Shown: piece by piece, positions 56,891 through 64,000 of the stretch
Position numbering within the stretch: the first letter of the stretch is position 1
Layout: the number at the start of each line of letters is the position of its first letter
Assembly: GCA_041744215.1 (NCBI GenBank)
Contig: JBGTLG010000033.1
Location: forward strand, 96,001 to 160,000
Direction: 5' to 3'
From: Fimbriimonadales bacterium
GTDB lineage: Bacteria > Armatimonadota > Fimbriimonadia > Fimbriimonadales > ATM1
DNA: 64,000 nucleotides
Notes under the pieces: model-generated
Seen by the model: the letters and a program-made list of their open reading frames with translations, nothing else
The model's database searches: none
What the model was told of the DNA's origin: nothing
Program-made: the position numbers and the translations under genes

Positions 56891-57976
56891 ATGATCGATA
56901 GTTTTCCCATCCGGAAAGTCGACCACTTGAAGTTCTATTGCGGGAACGCCAAGCAGTCAGCTTACTGGTACCACAAAATCTACGGATTTGATATCAGCGC
57001 CTACACAGGTCTAGAGACCGGAAACAAAGACGAAAGCGGCTACCTGCTTTCTCAGGGGGATGTCCGCCTCTACCTCGCATCGCCGCTTCGACCGGGGCAC
57101 CCCGCAGGGCCGATGATTGGCGTCCACGGTGACTTCGTCCGGGATCTCGCGTTCGAGGTCGACGACGCCGACGTCGCGTTCAAGACAGCTGTTGATCGCG
57201 GAGCAGAGCCCTCGTATGAACCGATCACTCTCGAAGACTCGTTCGGAAAGGTGCGAATGGCAGCCATCAAAACGTATGGCGACGTCATTCACTCATTCGT
57301 GAACCGCGATCAATTCAGCGGTCCGTTTCTCCCGCACTTCCAGCCGAAGAACGTGAAAGGCGATGCGATTGGATTGGAATATGTTGATCACGTAGTCGGC
57401 AACGTCGAACTCAACCAAATGAACTATTGGGTGAAGTGGTATGAAGACGTGCTCGGGTTCTCGCTCCTGGCGACGTTTGACGACAAAGACATCAGCACCG
57501 ACTACACCGCGCTTATGTCCAAAGTGATGCAGAGCGGCAACGGCCGTGTGAAGATGCCGATCAACGAACCCGCAGAAGGAAAGAAGAAGAGCCAAATCGA
57601 CGAATACTTGGAGTTCCACGGCGGCCCAGGAGTGCAGCACATCGCTCTGCACACGCAAGACCTCCCGGAGACGATTCGCCAACTCCGCGCGCGCGGATTG
57701 GAGTTTCTGCAAGTGCCGATTACCTACTACGATACCGTCATCGAGCGAGTCGGAAAGATCGACAACACACTCGATGAACTGTCCGAACTCGGCATCTTAG
57801 TCGATCGAGACGACGAGGGATATTTGCTACAGCTCTTCACAAAGCCAGTTGAAGACCGGCCCACGCTATTCTTCGAGTTTATCGAACGGAACGGCGCGAA
57901 GTCGTTCGGCAAAGGCAACTTCAAAGCACTGTTCGAAGCGATCGAGCGCGAGCAATCGCTGCGAGGAACGCTCTAA
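56891..57976 (+). CDS. hppD: 4-hydroxyphenylpyruvate dioxygenase
   Basis: DHVVGN, SQIDEYL, GVQHIAL, LLQLFT and FGKGNFKALFE. Confidence 0.97.
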   Translation: MIDSFPIRKVDHLKFYCGNAKQSAYWYHKIYGFDISAYTGLETGNKDESGYLLSQGDVRLYLASPLRPGHPAGPMIGVHGDFVRDLAFEVDDADVAFKTAVDRGAEPSYEPITLEDSFGKVRMAAIKTYGDVIHSFVNRDQFSGPFLPHFQPKNVKGDAIGLEYVDHVVGNVELNQMNYWVKWYEDVLGFSLLATFDDKDISTDYTALMSKVMQSGNGRVKMPINEPAEGKKKSQIDEYLEFHGGPGVQHIALHTQDLPETIRQLRARGLEFLQVPITYYDTVIERVGKIDNTLDELSELGILVDRDDEGYLLQLFTKPVEDRPTLFFEFIERNGAKSFGKGNFKALFEAIEREQSLRGTL

Positions 57977-58037
57977 GCGTGTTGTTGCGCCAGCTGGAGC
58001 GCCGTCACGCACGGCGCTCAACTCTTTTGGTGCGCTC

Positions 58038-58868
58038 ATGAAGCTCTGTCGCTTCCGCGTGCACGACGACCCGACCGCCAGATCCGGAATTTTCCATGAC
58101 GGACACTTTTATGAGACGGACGGGCACCAGCCGATCGGCGTCTACAAAGCCGATGACATCACGCTTCTCGCTCCGATTGCTCATCCTCCGACAATCCGCG
58201 ACTTTATGTCTTTCGAGCAGCACGTTTTGAACACGCGGCGCAAATACGGACGCGACGGGGTGCAGAAAGAATGGTATGAAGCACCCGCCTACTTCTACTT
58301 GAATCCCGTGACGCTGCTTGGGCCCGAAGACCCTGTCGAAAAGCCCGCCTTCACCGATGAATTTGATTTCGAACTGGAAGTTGCCGCCGTCATCGGAGAT
58401 ACAGGTCGAGACATCGAAGTGGAAGAAGCGGATTCGTTCATCCTCGGCTTCACGATACTCAATGACTGGACATCGCGAGATGTGCAGCGTCGCGAGGCAA
58501 AGACCGGTCTGGGATATGCAAAGAGCAAAGACACTGCAACGACGATTGGGCCATACCTTGTGACGCCCGACGAGCTGGAAGGACGAATCGTCGCTCGCGA
58601 TCGTGGCGCACAATACAACTTGGAGATGAAGGTGTTCCTCAATGGCGAGTTGATGGGCGGCGGAAACATGCGCGACATGCATTGGACGTTTGCGCAGATG
58701 ATTTCGCAGGCGTCGAAGGGCTCAAGGCTTGCGGTTGGAGACGTGATTGCCAGCGGCACGGTTGGCACGGGCAGCCTGCTCGAACACGAGCGCGGTTACC
58801 TAAAGCCGGGAGATGAAGTCGTCATGCAAGTCGAGCGCTTGGGCGAGTTGCGATCAAAGATCATCTAA
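58038..58868 (+). CDS. Fumarylacetoacetate hydrolase family protein
   Basis: RDFMSFEQH, DFELEVA, NDWTSRD and GDVIASGT; start reassigned to ATG at 58038. Confidence 0.9.
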   Translation: MKLCRFRVHDDPTARSGIFHDGHFYETDGHQPIGVYKADDITLLAPIAHPPTIRDFMSFEQHVLNTRRKYGRDGVQKEWYEAPAYFYLNPVTLLGPEDPVEKPAFTDEFDFELEVAAVIGDTGRDIEVEEADSFILGFTILNDWTSRDVQRREAKTGLGYAKSKDTATTIGPYLVTPDELEGRIVARDRGAQYNLEMKVFLNGELMGGGNMRDMHWTFAQMISQASKGSRLAVGDVIASGTVGTGSLLEHERGYLKPGDEVVMQVERLGELRSKII

Positions 58869-60973
58869 CGAGGGAAATCCCAAACAGGCAGGTCATTGAT
58901 CAATTCTTTTGCGGATGCAGATACTGGCACTCCCCAAGCGTCAAAGAACGGGCCCAGATTCTTTCCAACGGCGCGAGAAAATCGAACCATCCACTGATCG
59001 CGCTTCTCATCGTCGTTGCGCGGTCGCTCCGGTGGGGTCAAAGTTCTGTACTCTGCGAACACCTTCTTGTATGCTTCCCAACCGAAAGCTTGCTGCAGTT
59101 GAACGTACATAGCGAGAGCGAGAAACGGATCCGCTTTCCACTTAGCGAATGATGCTCCGGCATCACGGTGCTTTCGGAATGTGTCGAGCAGCTGTTCGTC
59201 TGTCCATCGAACATGGTATCCCGGAACACGCCCAACGACAGTTTCAATGATGTAGAGCGTGAAGAGGTTGACGGTGACTTCGCCTGTACCGCCAAAAGTC
59301 CAATCGGGATGCTGATGGTTGTGGCCGATCTCATGAAACATGCCCCAATCGCCGCCCTTGCTCTTGTCCGTTAGAAACTTAAGATCAACAAATCGCGGCG
59401 CTGCATCGAGATGGGTCATTATCGGATAGCCCGCGTGCATATACCCTGCGCTTATCTGAACGTCGGTGACATAGCGCTCCGCGCTGCTTCGCTCGCGTGG
59501 CACGGTCGCTAAATCAGCGCAAGCGTCGGCCACGCGATCCCAAAAGTCCATGAGCGAGGACGGGTCACCGAGTTCTCGAATGAAACTCGACGGTACAGTC
59601 AGAATGACCTTCGAAGATTCAAGCTCTGCCCACGGCGCGGAGAGATTGCGAATTGTCGACACCCATTCCTCGTCCGTTGTCTTTCCGTGGATGTAATGAG
59701 GCGCTTCGACGGCGCCTTCGATTCGCACTTCAATCGTCGATGCGCGAGCGTTCTGCGGTACTTCCACATAAACCAGCCCGCCGAACGCGCTCGCAAGCGA
59801 AAACTGAGTTTCTCGAACAGGTACGGAGACCGCAATCTCCGGCGCGCGCTTCCATTCGTTTAGGTGCCAAAGCGTGTCGCTGTGCGCACCAATCCTAACT
59901 CGCAAGCTCGCTTCGATCGCTGCGCTTGTCGTGCGGATCTGGAGCGGCTTGCCTGGCAGTGCGTAGAGCCCCGTGCTGTGCCACCGCGTTCGCGAGGTGT
60001 CGACGCGAAACGTCTTAACGACCGAGACTGCGCTTGATGCGGGTACTCCCGGGAAGTCCGCCGCTGCAGGATGTGCCGTTATCTCAGAAGGGCCCAGGCT
60101 TCGAAGCTGCGTCAGCTGCAACGATAGCGATACGCGGGGACCTACGTCTTGAACTCGTATGGGGTTTTGCTGGGTTGGAACAGCAGCCTGCGAGGACGAG
60201 AGAGCGCGTTCAAGTCGAATGATGAAATCGTGGTTGCGACTTAGGGTCGCAGTTGCGCGCGTAAGTGTTTGCCCTGCTTGTCCGGTAGCCTGCCCAGAAA
60301 CAACGGCATCAAGCGCTCTCAAGGCGTGAGCGGTCGCGTGGCCAGGCTGTGCAAGATAGCCTGCCGGTGCGTTGCGCTCAAGGTATCCGTCTGCCCAAAC
60401 GATTCCCATTTTCTCGGTGATGACGTTGCCCGGGTGCTCGGCAAGCGTCTTCCCCGGATTCAACTGTAACCATCCCCAGCCGAGATTTGCGATCATCAGC
60501 CCTCCGCCGTTCTCAACAAACCTCTGGATCGACTGCGCGTGGAGAGCCGCGCTGTTCGCGGGATCAATAATCAGAAGAGAAAGTCCGTCAAGCGCGCCGA
60601 GGTCAGATTCCGAAAGGGGTCTTGACTCAATGCCCTCAGATTGCAATAGCTTCGACATATCGCCTGCGCGGTGCAAGCCAACCACACCGCTTCCGCCTCG
60701 CGCCCAGTTAATCGCGTTTCGCATGAATCGCCCCGTTTGTCCCTCGGCGAACATCGCTTCTCCAAAGTACCCGCCGTGTCCAAACACAACGACTTTTCCT
60801 TGACCATACTCCGCAGTCGCGATTACCGGCTCCACAAACTGAGACAGCTTTGCAGCAACAACGACCTGCGCTCTTTCGCCAAAGACCACGAGCGGCCCAG
60901 GGATCCCAGGCGCGCCAATTTCGGAGACGCCGACAAGCAGCGGAGACGAAAGAGCAGCTAACGCAAGAACCAT
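58865..60973 (-). CDS. M60-like metallopeptidase (TCAF/FAM115-like architecture)
   Basis: WHSTGLYA, DVQISAGYMHAGYP and WGMFHEIGHN..GEVTVNLF. Confidence 0.9.
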   Translation of the reverse strand: MVLALAALSSPLLVGVSEIGAPGIPGPLVVFGERAQVVVAAKLSQFVEPVIATAEYGQGKVVVFGHGGYFGEAMFAEGQTGRFMRNAINWARGGSGVVGLHRAGDMSKLLQSEGIESRPLSESDLGALDGLSLLIIDPANSAALHAQSIQRFVENGGGLMIANLGWGWLQLNPGKTLAEHPGNVITEKMGIVWADGYLERNAPAGYLAQPGHATAHALRALDAVVSGQATGQAGQTLTRATATLSRNHDFIIRLERALSSSQAAVPTQQNPIRVQDVGPRVSLSLQLTQLRSLGPSEITAHPAAADFPGVPASSAVSVVKTFRVDTSRTRWHSTGLYALPGKPLQIRTTSAAIEASLRVRIGAHSDTLWHLNEWKRAPEIAVSVPVRETQFSLASAFGGLVYVEVPQNARASTIEVRIEGAVEAPHYIHGKTTDEEWVSTIRNLSAPWAELESSKVILTVPSSFIRELGDPSSLMDFWDRVADACADLATVPRERSSAERYVTDVQISAGYMHAGYPIMTHLDAAPRFVDLKFLTDKSKGGDWGMFHEIGHNHQHPDWTFGGTGEVTVNLFTLYIIETVVGRVPGYHVRWTDEQLLDTFRKHRDAGASFAKWKADPFLALAMYVQLQQAFGWEAYKKVFAEYRTLTPPERPRNDDEKRDQWMVRFSRAVGKNLGPFFDAWGVPVSASAKELINDLPVWDFPR

Positions 60974-61013
60974 CTTTCCATCTTACCGGCGCGAACCTGT
61001 CAAACTGCGCGCG

Positions 61014-62252
61014 ATGACAACCGGTGTTCACAAGTTCATTCTCCCTAACGGGGTCCGCGTAGTCTGCGAACCGATTTCCTACGTGCAGTCGGCGGCGATT
61101 GGGGTTTGGTGTCAAACGGGAAGCCGCATGGAGTTAGAGGCAGAGGCCGGGATCAGCCATCTGATCGAGCATATGCTCTTCAAAGGGACCGACCGGCGAA
61201 CTGCCGAGCAGATCGCTCAGGATATCGAGGGACGCGGGGGATCAATGAATGCGTTCACCGATCGGGAAATGACGTGCTATTACGCGCGGGTACTCGCAGA
61301 CGATGTCGAAAATGCACTGGATGTGTTGAGCGACATGTACGTCAACTCACGTCTCGCACCCGACGACTTGGAACTCGAGAAGTCGGTTGTCCAAGAGGAG
61401 ATTCGCAAATACGAGGATTCGCCGGAAGACCATATTCACGATTTACACTCGAGGATGCGCTGGGGCAATCACCCACTCGGCAGACCGATCATCGGGACTC
61501 TCGAATCCGTCGGCGGGTTTGCCCGCGATGATTTGACAAACTATATGTCGCGGCGATATGTGGGCGGAAAGACAATCGTATCCGTTGCGGGAAATGTCGA
61601 TCCAAACCTCGTGCGAGATCTATCAGAGAAGTTCCTGGATCCGCTTGCGAATGATTTTGATTTGCCCACCGAGCCACCTCCAGTAAGCAAGCCTGGCGAG
61701 CATCTTATGTCGAAAGATGTAGAACAAGTACACTTTTGCATCGGTGGAGACGGAGTGAATGTGTACGATGAGCGAAAGCACGCGATGCTGGTACTCGATG
61801 CAATCCTCGGGGGAAGCATGAGTAGCAGACTGTTTCAGGAGATTCGCGAGAAGCGCGGCCTGGCCTACTCTATTGGAAGCTACACGGCGCCGTACCGAGA
61901 AGCAGGAGCATTCACGATCTACGGAGGTACCAGCCCAAAAACCTTTGACGCAGTGCGGTCCATCGTGGCTGCAGAACTCGATAAGATCACCCAGTCGAAA
62001 GTCGGTGAGGATGAATTGGAGCGCGCCCGGAGGATGCTGAAAGGGAGTGTCGTCCTTGGGCTGGAGAGCATGAGCGCGAGAATGACCCGCATGGCAAGAA
62101 ATGAGATGCTGTACAGTCGAGACATCCCTGTCGAGGAAACCCTGGCGAAGGTCGCCGCAGTGAGCGCGGAAGATGTCCAAGGGCTCGCCACGGAGCTTCT
62201 CCGACAGGAGGGGCTAACGACCACGGCGATCGGCCCATTCAAAGGTCAATGA
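61014..62252 (+). CDS. M16 (pitrilysin-family) zinc peptidase
   Basis: HLIEHMLFKGT, NAFT and SSRLFQEIREKRGLAY. Confidence 0.95.
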   Translation: MTTGVHKFILPNGVRVVCEPISYVQSAAIGVWCQTGSRMELEAEAGISHLIEHMLFKGTDRRTAEQIAQDIEGRGGSMNAFTDREMTCYYARVLADDVENALDVLSDMYVNSRLAPDDLELEKSVVQEEIRKYEDSPEDHIHDLHSRMRWGNHPLGRPIIGTLESVGGFARDDLTNYMSRRYVGGKTIVSVAGNVDPNLVRDLSEKFLDPLANDFDLPTEPPPVSKPGEHLMSKDVEQVHFCIGGDGVNVYDERKHAMLVLDAILGGSMSSRLFQEIREKRGLAYSIGSYTAPYREAGAFTIYGGTSPKTFDAVRSIVAAELDKITQSKVGEDELERARRMLKGSVVLGLESMSARMTRMARNEMLYSRDIPVEETLAKVAAVSAEDVQGLATELLRQEGLTTTAIGPFKGQ

Positions 62253-62355
62253 GGCTTTTTCGCTCGGACTGGCCGGGGCGGGCGGAAATGGGAGTAATAT
62301 CCGGCAAATCAAGCGGCTAAAAGGATGCCTGAGGCGTCCTAAGGAAGGAATCACG

Positions 62356-62889
62356 TTGCAACAAGATTCATCAGCGGAAAAGCGACTGTTAGACGCTCTG
62401 GCGAACGGTGACGCGGCCGCGATTGGGGCCATTTACGAACTCTACGGAGAGCGGATTTTCCGCTACACGTTCCGAATGCTCAACAATCGCGCCGATGCCG
62501 AGGACGCTACGTCTGAGACTTTCCTGCGAGTGCTGCGGCGCTCGCGGGATCTTCGCGCCGATGGGGCATTTCGAACGTGGCTGTTCCGGATAGCCAGAAA
62601 CCTGTGCATTGACAAACTTCGGCAACCTATGCTGCTGGAACTGCCCGTGGACGCCACAGTCGGGTCGGGTGAGGACAAGGCCGCGCTGAGGATTGCGGTT
62701 CGGCAAGCTCTGAGCGATTTGCCGACGGACTACCGAGATCCGCTCATTCTGTGCGACCTTGAAGACATTTCGGCTCGGGAAGCCGCTGAGATACTGAACA
62801 TTTCGGTCCCGGCCCTGAAGTCGCGACTCTATCGCGGTCGGCGCGCGCTGAGAGACAAACTCGGCGCATCTTTGGAGAAAGCTTTATGA
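62356..62889 (+). CDS. ECF RNA polymerase sigma factor
   Basis: DAEDATSETF, FRTWLFRIARN and EAAEILNISVPALKSRLYR. Confidence 0.9.
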   Translation: MQQDSSAEKRLLDALANGDAAAIGAIYELYGERIFRYTFRMLNNRADAEDATSETFLRVLRRSRDLRADGAFRTWLFRIARNLCIDKLRQPMLLELPVDATVGSGEDKAALRIAVRQALSDLPTDYRDPLILCDLEDISAREAAEILNISVPALKSRLYRGRRALRDKLGASLEKAL

Positions 62890-63185
62890 ATGTGAATGAT
62901 GCAAGAAAACTAATCGACCTCTTTTTGGACGATGAGCTTCCGGCAGAGTTGGCGTCGGAATTCAAACAGGCGATGTTTGATAGCCCTGAACTCAGGTCCG
63001 AAGTCGCGTCGCTGCGCCAATCAAGAGAAGCTCTGTGGCTCGCGTACGACGGCGACTGGATGACCGAGGACGAGAGATGCAGGGTGCTGTGCCGAATTCT
63101 TGGTGAGGCCGCCATCTCCCAGGGTGAAACCGCATACGATCCCGCCCCTGCCCAGCTCCAATTACCACTTAGAAAGGAGGCGTAG
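62886..63185 (+). CDS. Putative soluble anti-sigma factor (ZAS-like, lacking zinc ligands)
   Basis: ARKLIDLFLDDELP..FKQAMFDSPELR aligns to the zf-HC2 pattern; ATGA overlap with the sigma gene. Confidence 0.65.
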   Translation: MNVNDARKLIDLFLDDELPAELASEFKQAMFDSPELRSEVASLRQSREALWLAYDGDWMTEDERCRVLCRILGEAAISQGETAYDPAPAQLQLPLRKEA

Positions 63186-63188
63186 CCC

Positions 63189-64000
63189 GTGACGCTCAAT
63201 TGTCCACGTAGAGATCTGCTCGATGCCGTCCAGCTGGCTGGCGTTGCGTCGGGTGGCCGAACAACGAATCTGCCCGTCTTTTCCTCGCTCCTGTTTGAGG
63301 CCATGGATGGCCGAGTGCGAATCGTCGGTTGTGACGGTGAGATGTGGGTCGAGCGGAAAATGCCCGCGCAAATATCCGAAGACGGTTCGCTTGCGGTGGG
63401 CGCCCGGCTGTTCACAGACATCCTGAGTTCTTTGCCGGAAGGCGACGTTCGAGTCGAGCAGCCTAACGGCACTTCACTGCGGCTATCCCTCGCAGCGAGC
63501 GAGTACCGAGTCGTCGGCATGACGCCGGAAGACTTCCCGGAGATACCGACTGTCGCAGCGGAAACGACGCTGAAGATGAAAGCTTCAGATTTTGTGAAGA
63601 TGGTCGATTCGGTGGACTTTGCGGTTGCGAAAGAGAGCCACGGTCGCCCCTATCTAACCGGAGTCTTGTTCAAATACGATGGCGAAACGCTCCAGGTAGT
63701 CGCGACGGATACGCACAGATTAGCCATACGCACAGAGCCTTTTCCTGCGCTGGGACCTCCCGTACAAGCGATCGTGCCGGAGCGAACGATTGGCGTGATC
63801 CGCCGGCTGCCCATCCCGCCCGAAGGCGAGTTGACTCTCACTTTCGGCGGCAACCGCCTCATGGTCGAAGCAGATGGCGCGCGCGTCGTCACACAACTCT
63901 TGGCTGGCGATTACGTTCCCTATGATCGAGTCATCCCCAATTCACACACTCGGTCCTGGATGATGGATCGCGAATCGTTTGCCGCCTGCTTGAAGCGATC
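63189..64000 (+). CDS. dnaN: DNA polymerase III beta clamp (5' part, runs off the window)
   Basis: Manual translation from GTG at 63189 (aggagg RBS): MTLNCPRRDLLDAV...NLPV...EDFPEIP...PYLTGV...VVATDTHRLA. Confidence 0.92.
   Translation, partial: MTLNCPRRDLLDAVQLAGVASGGRTTNLPVFSSLLFEAMDGRVRIVGCDGEMWVERKMPAQISEDGSLAVGARLFTDILSSLPEGDVRVEQPNGTSLRLSLAASEYRVVGMTPEDFPEIPTVAAETTLKMKASDFVKMVDSVDFAVAKESHGRPYLTGVLFKYDGETLQVVATDTHRLAIRTEPFPALGPPVQAIVPERTIGVIRRLPIPPEGELTLTFGGNRLMVEADGARVVTQLLAGDYVPYDRVIPNSHTRSWMMDRESFAACLKR

Noticed and set aside
62253-62355. oriC near dnaN
   Set aside because: No TTATCCACA cluster or AT-rich unwinding element was seen.

Overview
A gene-dense, GC-rich bacterial chromosomal window. 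It is most likely Armatimonadota (Fimbriimonadaceae-like), inferred from the PEP-CTERM protein style and a recalled lineage-typical C-terminal domain; this was not verified by search. Most of it is housekeeping and envelope genes: livMHK, accA/accD, truB, DHH phosphoesterase, photolyase, queF, pheA, wzm/wzt, gyrA, alr, CIRCE-controlled groES/groEL, galK, mnmA, hppD and the 5' part of dnaN, plus many peptidases and two ECF sigma factors. The most unusual part is a ~3.8 kb lower-GC island at ~21.95-25.72 kb. It holds six co-oriented small orphan membrane-protein ORFs and one truncated fragment, separated by related 150-190 bp elements. Two of these elements are 145-bp copies with 7 mismatches. 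The element ends and several ORF junctions carry a recurring GCCAC(N)CCG(T/C)C motif. The layout resembles an integron-like cassette array, but I found no canonical attC sites and no recombinase in the window; a REP/REPIN-like (HUH/RAYT-type) gene-capture system is a testable hypothesis. Other points of interest are an ECF sigma - adenylate cyclase/STAND/TPR - orphan gene cluster, an ECF sigma/zinc-less anti-sigma pair upstream of dnaN, a small caspase/CHAT-like ORF, a LAGLIDADG-like ORF facing gyrA, a GyrA with substituted quinolone-contact residues, and a recurring ECF-type promoter motif. No rRNA, tRNA, CRISPR array or transposase was recognised.
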